64,000 bases of DNA from an uncultured Candidatus Peribacteria bacterium (lineage in GTDB: Bacteria > Patescibacteriota > Gracilibacteria > BD1-5 > UBA2023). The notes beneath the pieces were generated by a model, which worked only from the letters and a program-made list of their open reading frames with translations, did no database searches and was not told where the DNA came from. The stretch spans positions 32,945 to 96,944 of the forward strand of contig CAZKLD010000004.1 of the NCBI GenBank assembly GCA_964553745.1, in the 5' to 3' direction. This document shows positions 1-11,261 of this stretch, piece after piece. The number at the start of each line of letters is the position of its first letter. The first letter of the stretch is position 1. The position numbers and the translations under genes were made by a program.

Positions 1-503
1 AGCTCTATTCCATTTGCTTTCGTTATTATATCTCAATTCAATAATCATGCATCTTTTGCAGGAGACCCGGCGATTATCCTATCTATGGAAACCCCAAAAT
101 CATTTTTTTCTACAACGGCTCAGATTCATTCGAAGTCTCAGCTCAATGTCTCATTGAATTTTTTTGTCTCATCTATATCGAAGAATTCGGAATGCTTATC
201 TTTAAGGGATCATACCAATCATTTTATCATTCAGTAGACAATATCCTTATCCGATAAATTTTTAAATCAATAATAATTAGCTGAAACTATATCATAAGCC
301 TCATTGAATAGCTTAAGATCGATGTTTTTATCATTTTTGAAAACTTTGTTAAAATCTTGTAAGATATTTTGGCGCTTCTCATTATTGTATTGATCTGCAG
401 TAATGCCTATAAAATCCCTTTGTCATGCAATATATCAGCAAAAAAAAGCAAATAATATAAAAACAATAGTAAATATATACTGTTTATTAAATTTATATGT
501 CAT
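1..503 (-). CDS. C-terminal processing (tail-specific, S41) peptidase, N-terminal part; gene runs off the left edge
   Basis: Minus strand with TGA=Gly reads MTYKFNKQYIFTIVFILFAFFCGYIAG (membrane anchor) ... FNEAYDIVSANYYGF ... YGMIKGLVGSLKDKHSEFF ... LSGDFEGIG ... IAGSPAKDAGLLNGDII (PDZ). This is the typical Ctp/Prc layout. There is an alternative in-frame ATG at complement 534-536. Confidence 0.85.
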
Positions 504-797
504 GTAAATAATAATTAAGAAATTTCTCACATTCATAATAGGTTTTTTATTTAAAAAAACAAGTCAAATAATTATTTAAATTATAGGAAACAAATTGTTA
601 AAAACTCTAAAAAAATGGCTTTATTAAAAGGATAAAACAGTGTTAAAAAAACAAGGATGTTAAAATATGAAAGCTTGAAATCCTTTTCCGATAAGGGGTA
701 TTATTTTAAAAACGATTCTATAATAATAAAAATACTTTGTAATATATATAATTTTATGTTATACTCATATTCAGAAAATCATTTAATGTAAAATAAA

Positions 798-1112
798 ATG
801 TTCTTAAGCTCAATTTTTAGGAAATATAAAGATAGGGAATATAGATTAGTTCTCATCAAGGATCTGATTAGCTGATTAGAAATAGACGATAACCAAAAAA
901 ATCTCTATCTGGATTCTTTAGAAGTCTTAGATGGTGAATCTTTGGAAAGATTCTACAACAAGCTTACATCAGTCATTGAAATCATTGAAGAAGATGAGAA
1001 TAAGCTTTCTTTCCAAAAAAACAAGCAGGAAATCTATAAGTTGAATACTCAAGAACAGCAGGATAAAAGACAGGAACTCAATTCTTTTAATTTAATACTT
1101 GATAATATATAA
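798..1112 (+). CDS. hypothetical protein, 104 aa, acidic/coiled-coil
   Basis: Open frame ATG 798 to TAA 1110-1112 with one in-frame TGA (MFLSSIFRKYKDREYRLVLIKDLISGLEIDD...). No recognisable domain. Confidence 0.55.
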
Positions 1113-1113
1113 T

Positions 1114-1314
1114 ATGTCAACCAAATTTGAAATTAATGAAGGTCACGATATTAAATCTTTTGAAAACCAAAGGCAATATGTCAGAGAACAAGCTAAAAGC
1201 AATACAGACTTTTTTGTTGGTTTTCTAAACACCTCACTCCCGATCGCAGAAAAAAGGACTATCGAAGCGGCAGCTAAAAATGATATTTGAAAATTAAAAC
1301 AGGAATTGGCTTAA
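1114..1314 (+). CDS. hypothetical protein, 66 aa
   Basis: ATG 1114 lies 2 nt after the previous stop. The track ORF 1099..1290 continues through TGA 1288-1290 to TAA 1312-1314 (MSTKFEINEGHDIKSFENQRQYV...NDIGKLKQELA). Confidence 0.5.
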
Positions 1315-1403
1315 TTTCAAGGCGAATAAATAAATAAACTTGATAATAATCATATAATTAGTAATCTAGGAGCATATATAAATATACAAAATAAATAATA
1401 TTT

Positions 1404-2768
1404 ATGGCTTTTTTTAAAGCGGTCTGTGCAAAAAATAATCAAAAGATTGAGTTGCTTGTGCAATTCGGTTCGATTGAGGAGGCACGCGAGAACTTACATA
1501 GGCAATGATATTCGATAATCGAGTTAAAAGAGACTTCTGGTAATACATTATGAGATACCGGGGTTTTTTATTTTGATATTTTGGCAGATTGAAAAGTAAA
1601 AACATGACAGATAAGCTCTAATGATATATTTAAAGCTTATGTCAAACTGGTAGATAATTTGCATTATGATGTCATTCATATTTATGATCAGAAAGATAGG
1701 GATGAAAAAGAGAAGATACTGATAACGCAGAAAGTAAAGAATTCCTATGATATATTCAAGTGAACTAAAGTAGAGCAAGATAGGAAAAATGAAGAGAAAA
1801 AAATAGAAGATAAGAAGCAGGAACATGTAAAATCACAATGAGAAAATCTCCCGGAATTTTTAAAGAAGGAATTGAATTTCTACTATGGCCTTATCGATAA
1901 GGTTCTCGAAAAAATAGATTTCATCCTTAATAATTTCAGGGAAAATCTATCAGAAGAGAAAAAAGAAAAGCTGAATGAACTCTATAATAAGCTGAAACAG
2001 GTTAAAAATATCACGAATGTAACCAAATTAAAGCTTATTTGAGAGATTGCGCTTGTGAAAATATGAGAATTGCAGGTGGAACTCTTGGAAGGGCATATTA
2101 TAGATAATAAAAAATGAATATTAAGCGAGACTAATAAGCTCCTAAAATCATTCTGATCATCTAAGCAGGTTATTCTCCCAGAAGATGATATCCGGCTCAA
2201 ATTAAACAAGATAATCAATGACCTGATCGATAATTTCAAAGATTTCATCAAAACCAATGCCAAGAAGGATAAAATAGATAAAAATTCTTGAAAATATTAT
2301 GATATACTGCGCGAAAAAAATATCTATGAAAAAAAATTAAAGGAAGTCAATAAGGAAATCACAAAGAATTTTTTCAATAAGGAGAATAAAAAAAGGCTTG
2401 AATTGAAAAAGAAACTCATAAAACAGAATATAACCCTTTTATGAAACCGTATAAACAATAAAAAAATATCATATACAAAAACAATCAAAGGATTCAATTA
2501 TTATAAAGATGTCATCATTTACCTACTGCAAAGGATAAGCGATACTATAATCTATTCACTTTTCATATATTCATTATTTTTTGTTTTTTTAAATATCTCA
2601 TCAGTGTTATTTTGAAAGAATTTGGATATAAATTATGATTTCTTGTTGTATATTTCTCTTTTTGCATTCCTAGGATTCCTTTTGAAAATATCTAAAAATT
2701 TTATAATTCTTGCCTTTTGCACAATTATTTATATATTATTTTTCATATTTTTAGTAATAAATTTTTAA
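1404..2768 (+). CDS. hypothetical membrane-anchored coiled-coil protein, 454 aa, with two N-terminal GspF/PilC-N-like small repeats
   Basis: Frame checked codon by codon: no TAA/TAG from ATG 1404 to TAA 2766-2768, about 15 TGA. The N-terminus is FFKAVCAKNNQKIELLVQFGSIEEARENLHRQGYSIIELKE, then VFYFDILADGKVKTGQISSNDIFKAYVKLVDNLHYDVIHIYD. A long K/E-rich helical region and two or three C-terminal hydrophobic helices follow. Confidence 0.75.
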
Positions 2769-2873
2769 TAAGTGTATATTTTCTTTTTGCTTATTAATCT
2801 AATATTTTCAATTATTTTCTATTTATTTTCTCATCTGATAGAAAGTATTTTTTTCCTTGCCACCTGAATTATA

Positions 2874-3968
2874 ATGTTTTTTTATTTCAGTCCGCTATAT
2901 TTCTGAAAGAAATCATCAAAACCTTCCCTATTATCAAAGATGAAGATATCTAAGGATACCCTCAAGAAGACTATTCCATTATTTCAAAGAACAGCCTACC
3001 TTATAGCGTTCTTAATCTTCTACATATCTCTCTATTGAATCTCATATAGTTTCTGATGAGATTTATTCCCTTATTTCATACTGATATTAAGCCTTCTCCT
3101 GATTCTTTTATTCTTCATACTCATCAAGAAGAAAAAGCCGGTCATACACATGATATACAGATCGAATTTCTTGGTTTTTTCTTTCCTTTATATTATTTTA
3201 TTCACCAAAAAGCTAGTATATTCAGAGACGATAGACGATATTTTCATCATTAATTCAAGCTTATCTCTTTTTTGATTGGCGACAACGATAATATTTGACA
3301 ATCTGATGGATAAGATAAAGAAAAACTGATATTATTCATATTTTTTGACTTATCTGAACATATTCCTGCTATTCTATATCAGATATTATTTTAAAATACC
3401 TTATGAGCTCTTATTCAGCTACCTTTTCTTCATATTATGAGTGTTCTATTTCGAATTCATAAGCAAAATAAGGATATTCAAGAAATTCGACCTGAATTCG
3501 AAATATTATTGATTATTCCTTAATTATATAGTCTGCATCATAGCTTTCAGCTACCTTTTCATATATCCGAATTTCTGGCATTTCGTGCTTATCCTTTTCT
3601 GAGGTTTGATATTCAACTATTCAGTACATGTAAGATATAAGAATTATATCTCATTAAGTGTAACTATTCTCAGTATAATTCTCTTGTACGTGAAGAATTT
3701 CATGCCTCTTGATCCTTCTGATTTTCTGATTTGCCTGATGATAATATATGTTCTTCCTTGAGTATTCGTAGGTTATAGCTTCATTTTTGACAATAAGCAT
3801 GAATATGATAATTATTTCATACACTTTTCTGGAATAATATTCAGTCTGGTTTCTATAATTGCGTATTTTGTGATTTCACATGATTTCCAGATACTGCATA
3901 TATCAATAATTTTCTTACTGCAGTCAATGTTACTGTTCGGAAGTTTCGCTAAATTAAAAGTAAAATAA
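2874..3968 (+). CDS. polytopic integral membrane protein (hypothetical)
   Basis: The frame is open from 2772 (GTG) to TAA 3966-3968. Candidate starts are GTG 2772, ATG 2874 and ATG 2940. The product is F/I/L/Y-rich with many predicted TM helices (…AYLIAFLIFYISLYG…LSLLLILLFFILIKKKK…). Confidence 0.65.
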
Positions 3969-3969
3969 T

Positions 3970-4602
3970 ATGCTGAGAAAGATATTAAACTTTTTCGGGA
4001 ACATATTCCTTCTTCCTGATGAAGAAAAGAGGTATAAGAAGATTTTTATAGATAAGACTCAGCACTATCGGAATGAGCTCCAAGAAATTTATATCGATAA
4101 AGTCCTTGTTGCATGCGAATATGAGGAAAATATCAAAAACGATCTCAAAAAATTCAAATATGAGTATAATAAAAAATCCCTTGAAAAAATAGTATCTTGT
4201 TATGTTGAATTGTATCACAATTTCTCAGAATCAGGGAAGCCAGGCGATATTATAGTCACTTGAATCCCTCTTTTTACATTGAATCGGCTCCTAAGATGAT
4301 ATAATCAGACATATTTGATTTGAGAATCATTGGCTAAGAAAGTATGATTGGATTTTTGAAAACTTCTCTTAAAGCCGAAATATACCAAGAGACAAGCCAG
4401 ATTAGACAAGAATAGGAGATTTTCGAATTTAAAACATTGTTTTAAAATTAATTATAAATATAATGTTTCAATTGTCTGAAAGACAATACTGCTTATAGAT
4501 GATGTGATTTCCACATGAACCACATCAAATGAGGCAGCAAGAGTACTTAAGGAATCGTGAGCAAAGGAAATAATATGATTATTCCTAGCCACATGAAAAT
4601 AA
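3970..4602 (+). CDS. comFC: ComF-family amidophosphoribosyltransferase-like competence protein
   Basis: With TGA=Gly: ...NRLLRGYNQTYLIGESLAKKVG...KRQARLDKNRRFSNLKHCF...GKTILLIDDVISTGTTSNEAARVLKESGAKEI. This carries the PRTase PRPP loop and the RGYNQ motif typical of ComFC. Confidence 0.85.
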
Positions 4603-4620
4603 TCTCTAATTTAGAACAAA

Positions 4621-7467
4621 GTGTCAGAATTATTGGAAGTAAGATGAGCAAAGACTCATAACCTGAAAAACGTATCCATAGACATACCGAAAAACAAGCT
4701 TGTAGTGATAACAGGGGTTTCATGATCCGGTAAGTCAAGCCTAGCATTCGATACTATATATGCCGAGTGACAAAGGAGATATCTTGAAAGCCTTTCTACA
4801 TATGCGAGGATGATAATAAGCTCGATAAACGAAGACACGAAAGTTGAAGAGATAAGATGATTATCGCCTACGATAAGCATTAATCAGAAAACAGTCTCCT
4901 CAAATCCGAGGTCTACTGTCTGAACCATAACTGAGATATATGATTTTTATAGGCTCCTTTATGTCCATGTATGAATCCAGAGGTGTCCTAATCATCCTGA
5001 GATAATCTTGAAAAAAGATACTCTGAACGATGTTTTGTCTTATATTGAAGAGTTGCAGGATGATACGAAATATTACATATTGTCGCCAGTCGAAAAGAAA
5101 TTCGAGTCAATAGACGATTTCAAGAGAGAAATATTAGAGTCAGGTTTTATCAGATATATGATAGACGATATGGTTTTTTCCATATGAGATGAGGTTAATA
5201 TCAAATTCACAGATAAATCAAAGCTATATATTGTCGTAGATAGGCTTATTTCCAATAAAGATTCAAACAAGAATGAGAATTCATCAAGGAGAATCAAAGA
5301 TTCTATAGAAGTCGCCTATAAGGGATGAAGATGACTTCTGATGATTTACGAGGTCGATTCAAAAAAATTCAAGATATTCTCTCAAGATGCCTTCTGTCCT
5401 ATATGCCATTATAAATTAGAAAATCTCAGCCTGTCTAATTTCTCATTCAATTCGCATTATTGAGCTTGCCCTACATGTCATTGATTATGAATGCAGGTCG
5501 CCTTCCTTGAAGATAATATAATAAATCATAAGCTATCTTTGAATGAATGAGCGATTTTACCTTGGAGCCAGCATAAATACTATATACAGATTCTTAATGC
5601 TGTTTGCGATAAATATTCGATTGATTGCAATCTTCCCTATAATAAGCTTAATGAAAAAGAAAAAAGAATAGTCCTATATTGAGTCCCTGAGACATTTGAT
5701 CTTGTCTATACTTTCGATGATGGCCAGAGCCATAATTATAAGACGAAGTATGAGTGAATAATTCCTAACCTAGAAAGGAAATATAAGGAATCAGATGCCC
5801 AGAGCGAGACTTCACTCAAAAGGATTTCACAGTATATGACAGAAATAGTCTGCTCTGACTGCAGAGGATATAGGCTCAAGAAAGAATATTTGAATGTCTT
5901 TGTCTGAGACAGGAATATCTGAGAGTTATCCAATCTCAATGTCAGACAATCTATGGAGTTTTTTGAGGGGCTTAATTTAACCGAAACACAAAAATCAATA
6001 TCTAAGAACATTCTGAAGAACATAAAAGAAAGATTATCATTCTTGGCTGGAGTGGGATTGGATTATATCACAGTGGCAAGAAGGGCTAATACATTATCCT
6101 GATGAGAATCACAGAGGATCAGGCTCGCTACACAGATATGAACAAGGCTTGAATGAATAATCTATATCCTTGATGAACCTTCCATATGATTGCATCCCAG
6201 GGATAATAATATGCTAATAGATAACCTAAAGAAGCTGTCGCAAATATGAAATACTGTCATAGTTGTCGAACATGACGAAGATATAATGAGGGAATCAGAC
6301 TACATAATCGATGTCTGACCATGAGCCTGAATACATTGATGAAATATTATATTCAAATGAACATTCGAAGAGATACTTAAAGATGCTAATTCCGAAACAG
6401 GCTTATATCTTTCCAATAAGAAGATGGTGACGCTGGAGAAGAAGCAGAGAAAGATTGCGTGATATCTTGAGATAATATGAGCCGAGGAGAATAATCTGAA
6501 AAATGTCGATGTTAAGATACCGCTATGACTCTTAAATGTTGTGACCTGAGTATCAGGATCTGGTAAATCAAGCCTTATCCTTGATATTTTATCGAACCAT
6601 CTCCTCAACTCATTCTATTCATCTATACATCCAGTCTGAAAAGTCAAAGAAATAAAATGAGCTCACCAATTGGACAAGGTGATTATAATAGACCAATCCC
6701 CGATATGAAGGACTCCTCATTCGAATGTTGCAACATATACATGAGTCTTCACCCATATAAGAGAAGTATTCGCCAAGAGCCAAGAGGCAATCAAGAGATG
6801 ATATTGACCATGAAGATTCAGCTTCAATACAAAATGAGGAAGATGTGAAATATGCGAATGAAGCTGAGTGAAGAAGATAGAGATGCACTTTCTGCCAGAT
6901 GTCTATGTCGAATGCGAGAATTGCCACTGAACAAGATATAATCAGGAGACACTTGAAGTCAGATATAAATGAAAGACTATTTCAGAAGTTCTCGAAATGG
7001 ATGTTGAGGAAGCTAGAGAATTCTTCTCAGCGCATCCGAAGATATTTAAGATCATAGATGTGCTTTACAGCGTTTGACTGTGATATATAAAAATATGACA
7101 ATCCGCTCCGACTCTTTCCGGATGAGAATCCCAGAGGATAAAGCTCGCTTCAGAATTAGCCAAAAGATCGACATCCAAGACAATATATATACTTGATGAA
7201 CCGACAACATGACTTCATTTCAATGATGTTCAGAAATTAGTGAATATCTTGGATTCGCTTGTCGACAAATGAAATACCGTCCTTGTTATCGAGCATAATC
7301 TTGATCTTATAGCCAATGCAGATTATATCATCGATATCTGACCGGAATGATGAGACAGATGATGAGAACTGATCTATGTCGGGAAATTAGAATGAATCAT
7401 AAAAGAGAAGAGATCTTATACTTGAGAGGCACTGAGAAAATATTGGGAACATAAGAAAATCAGTTAA
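4621..7467 (+). CDS. uvrA: excinuclease ABC subunit A
   Basis: 948 codons checked line by line with no TAA/TAG and about 58 in-frame TGA. Motifs: [68 protein letters not shown], second Walker A [12 protein letters not shown], zinc-finger cysteines, [20 protein letters not shown]. GTG start at 4621 (TTG 4633 is an alternative). Confidence 0.97.
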
Positions 7468-7473
7468 ATAATT

Positions 7474-8046
7474 ATGAAAGTAGCCTATATCATCCCTTGA
7501 TTCAAATCAAATTGCCGCGAAATGTGATTCCAGGTAGTTTGAGACTTTTTTGAATCTAAATGAATAATGCCCGTATTTGTAGATATTAAATGGAAAAGGC
7601 AGACTATATCACAATATCTGGATCAATTCAATAGGCAGATACTTAACCCTGAGGACGAGATATATATCCTCTGATTCTCATATTGAGCGATCATAGCCCT
7701 TCTGTCCGCATCGAAATTGAACGTGAGGGAACTTTTCCTCTGCTCTTTATCGCCTTTTTTCAATGAGGATTATAAATACCTGAAGAAATGGTGGTTGAAT
7801 TCAAATTGAAAAAGGCGAAATGAGGAATTTGAGAAACTATCTTTCGATGAGATTGCAAAGGATATAAATTGCAAGACGAACATCTTTTTCTGAGATAAGG
7901 AAGAGGAGGTTATAAAAAACAGGGCTTATTCCGCAAACCTGAAGATAAAGAATTCAACGATCTGTGAAGTGTATGATTCAAGACATAATATTAACGAAAG
8001 AAGATATCTGGAATCATTGGAAATAGCTATAGGCAATATAATTTAA
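7474..8046 (+). CDS. small alpha/beta-fold hydrolase (190 aa)
   Basis: GxSxG nucleophile elbow in IYILGFSYGAIIALLSA, whose first G is a TGA codon. Frame is open from ATG 7474 to TAA 8044-8046. Confidence 0.65.
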
Positions 8047-8116
8047 CATCTTTTTGTCATTCCTTTGACTTTACAGATAAAAACATATACTTGTCGAACT
8101 TTATGAAGCATCAAAT

Positions 8117-9097
8117 ATGATCAACATCTATAATCAGATTCACGAGAAGATAAAGGAGTCTAAGAATATCGCATTAGTATCGCATAAATTCCCTGACGGA
8201 GACACCCTGGGAAGCGTGACTGCCTTATATGAGACAATAATGACAAATTTTGAAATGAAGAATGTCGATATTGTCAATTTCGATTGAGTCGCTGAAAAGC
8301 TATCCTTCCTTCCTAATTCTGAGAAAATCATAAACAGATTCGATTATGAGAAATATGATCTTTGTATTTTCTTGGACATCGCAAATATAATCCTTGCCTG
8401 ATATTGAGAGAAAAAGGACTTTCCAGTAAAATGCCTTATAAACATCGATCACCATGCTTCAAACATATCATATTGAGATATAAATCTTATCGAGACAAAC
8501 AAGCCATCGACCACGACAGTGCTCTATGATTTTTTCGTTGCAATGGGATATGAGATGGATGAAAAGGTCGCAACAGCACTTCTTACGTGAATATATACCG
8601 ACACATGAGCCTTCATATATTCTAATGTAAATCCTGAAACTTTTGAATCTTCTGCGGAATTACTGGAATTATGAGGCAATATAAATATAATAGCTTCTAA
8701 TTTTTTCCTGAACAACACTTTTGCATTTGTGAAATTGCTTAAAATAGTACTTAAGAGGCTTAAGATCAATTGAGAAGGAGTCGGTTTCAGTTATTTGAAA
8801 AAAGAGGATATACTTGAATCGGGATGCAAATACGAGGAGATGGATTGAGTGGTATGGAGGATGAATGCCTTGGATAATGTAAAATATGTATGTTTCCTAT
8901 ATGAGAAATGATGACTAGTAAAAGGTTCACTCAGGACTACGAGAGATGATGTCGATCTTACCGTTTATGCAAAAAAATATAATTGATGATGACATAAGAA
9001 AGCCTGCTGATTCACATTGGAATGAAATATAGCCCTTACGGAATCAAACAAGGTATATGTAGAATGCATCGATAATTCAATAATTAATTTTTTCTAA
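8117..9097 (+). CDS. nrnA: DHH/DHHA1 phosphoesterase (NrnA-type oligoribonuclease/pAp phosphatase)
   Basis: HKFPDGDTLGS, INIDHHASN, GIYTDTGAF and the C-terminal GGGHKKACGF motifs. Confidence 0.85.
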
Positions 9098-9816
9098 TGA
9101 AAGAAGATAATACAATACGACTTCAGAAATATCTCAGCCAGGCTGGGATCTGTTCAAGAAGAAAAGCTGAGGAATATATTTCAGCATGACAAGTTTTCAT
9201 CAATGGTGAAAAGGCTGAAATATGACAAAGCGTAGACCCTGCCAAAGACAAAGTGACACTGGGCAAAAAGGTGGTCGAAGATAGTCAGGAGTATGTCTAT
9301 TATAAGCTGAATAAGCCTTACTGAATAGTCACAACTTGCCGACAGGACGGGGAATCTTCCATCCTTGACGTTGTTGACATCCCGGAAAGGGTATTCCCTA
9401 TCTGAAGGCTTGATAAGAATACGACTTGACTCATTATCCTTACAAACGATTGAAGATTGAGCAATTTTCTTATGCACCCCAGATATGAGCATGAAAAAGA
9501 ATATGTCGTCCAAGTCTACTGAAAGATTGAAGATGAAGCACTGAGAGAAATGTCCGGATGAGTGTTCATCCTATGAAAAAAGACAAGAGATGCAGAAATC
9601 AAGAGGATGAACTCATGAATGTTCTCGATAATCCTGAAGGAATGAAAAAACAGACAGATCCGCAGGATGGTAGAAAAGGTCTGACATGAAGTAAAGAAGC
9701 TCAAGCGTATAAGGATTGAGAATATTGAGCTTGGCAATATGCAAGAATGACAATATGCCCGCCTGAACAGGACCGAACTCGATTGACTCAGTAAGAAATT
9801 AGGAATAAAGCTATAA
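9097..9816 (+). CDS. RsuA/RluB-family pseudouridine synthase with N-terminal S4 domain
   Basis: [32 protein letters not shown] (S4 domain), YYKLNKPYGIVTT, PIGRLDKNTTGLIILTNDG, EGKNRQIRRM. The ATG shares its A with the nrnA stop (TAATG). Confidence 0.9.
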
Positions 9817-9837
9817 AATCTATAATAAATTAAATTA

Positions 9838-9871
9838 AGGCCTTGTAAACAAATATTTGTTGACGAGGCCT
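9838..9871 (+). promoter_or_regulatory. long imperfect hairpin with a perfectly palindromic core AACAAATATTTGTT
   Basis: AGGCCTTGTAAACAAATA/TATTTGTTGACGAGGCCT forms a roughly 16-bp stem with one mismatch and one wobble. It lies just after the pseudouridine synthase stop and overlaps the -35 box of the next promoter. There is no U-tract. Confidence 0.5.
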
Positions 9872-9888
9872 CTTAATTATGCTATTAT
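9860..9888 (+). promoter_or_regulatory. sigma70-like promoter (TTGACG-17 nt-TATTAT)
   Basis: TTGACG at 9860-9865, a 17-nt spacer, TATTAT at 9883-9888. It lies about 115 nt upstream of the M23-SLH gene. Confidence 0.5.
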
Positions 9889-10004
9889 GACCAAAGTTTT
9901 CGCTGCTTGCGAATACGCCCTGATCATAAAGGAGGATTTGGTATCAAAAGCAAATCACATTTATCCGATAGATAAGAAAATTTAAATTCTTAATTTCAAT
10001 CCAT

Positions 10005-11159
10005 ATGTATCCGTTAAAAACAAAATATCCGTATAATCCTGGAAATCTCGAAGCCACTTGAAATATATTCACGACGGTTTATCTATGAAATTATGTGCCT
10101 TGAAATTTTGACGAATGAGCCGGAAGTCATCTCTGAGTTGATATTATCCCTCAAATCAAGCACGATCCGATATTTGCCTGCATGAATTGAGTTGTCCAAT
10201 TCGCCTGAACTTCAGACTCAAATTGACACTACATCATCCTCAGGCACCCTAATGCTCCAGATCCTAATAATCTCGCTGCTTCTACAGTGCTTTATAGCTG
10301 CCATCTGCATTTATCTGAACTTTTAGCCAAGACGTGAGATCAGGTTAAAGAATGAGATATAATATGAAAATCGGGAAATACATGAAATTCGACATGAGAG
10401 CATCTGCATTTCCAGATAGATACATGAAATGCCCCATTCCACCCTTACTGGCCATTCACCCTGAAAGAAGCGAACGAAGCTTGATTAGGTTTTTTTGAAG
10501 CTGTAAATGCCGGATTGGGAATAGAAAATGCAAGAAAATATACGATAGACCCGCTAGTCTATCTGGATAAGATTTCAAATATTCAGCGTCCTATAATAAC
10601 GTCTGATCCTACTCCAAAAGCCGTTCCAGCCTTCTCGACAAAGAGCAGATATTTTACTGATGTGAGCGATAATGTCGAAGAAATCGATTACCTTGCTGAA
10701 AAATGAATAACAAAAGGTTACTGAGACAATACTTTCAGACCGAACTCAAACATCACAAGAGCCGAGTTGCTTGCCATGACATTCATCTTTGGCTGAATAA
10801 GGCCAGAATGAAGTATCTCTAAGTTCACGGATGTGGCTTCAACAGATTGGTTCTCACCTTATGTCACTGCCGCTGTGGCAAAATGATTCATAAGCTGATA
10901 TCCTGACAACACTTTTAAACCGAACAATGCAGTCACAAGAGCCGAAGCAATTGCTATAGTCTTGAATATAGCAGTAGGAAAAAACAAAATACCAAGTGCG
11001 GCAGATTCCTTATATCAAGATGTGAAGACATCCGATTGGTTCTGCAGATATGCCAACTATGTTTCTGAGAACTGACTTCTCGATTCAATAGGGAAATTCT
11101 ATCCTTCCGACAATCTGAAGAGATCGGATTTCGCCGTACTCCTGTATAACCTCAAATAA
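10005..11159 (+). CDS. M23 (LytM-type) metallopeptidase fused to three C-terminal SLH domains
   Basis: HxxxD (GSHLGVDI) and GKSGNTGNSTGEHLHFQI M23 motifs. Three SLH repeats follow: FTDVSDNVEEIDYLAEKGITKGYGDNTFRPNSNITRAELLAM, FTDVASTDWFSPYVTAAVAKGFISGYPDNTFKPNNAVTRAEAIAIVL, and YQDVKTSDWFCRYANYV. In-frame TAG at 9969-9971 closes the frame upstream. Confidence 0.9.
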
Positions 11160-11179
11160 TACTTGATAATAAGAAGAAT

Positions 11180-11220
11180 AATAGCCTTTTCTCTTGAGAA
11201 AAGGCTATTATTTGCTTTTT
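11180..11220 (+). terminator. rho-independent terminator
   Basis: AATAGCCTTTTCTC / GAGAAAAGGCTATT stem followed by TTGCTTTTT. Confidence 0.75.
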
Positions 11221-11261
11221 GGATATTTTTGAATAAGATACGCCCACTTAAAATTAGAATT

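Noticed and set aside
9938-9985. 15-codon mini-ORF (TTG start) after the stranded AAGGAGG
   Set aside because: The start codon is only 2 nt from the SD, and the peptide is featureless. It is mentioned only as a possible leader element.
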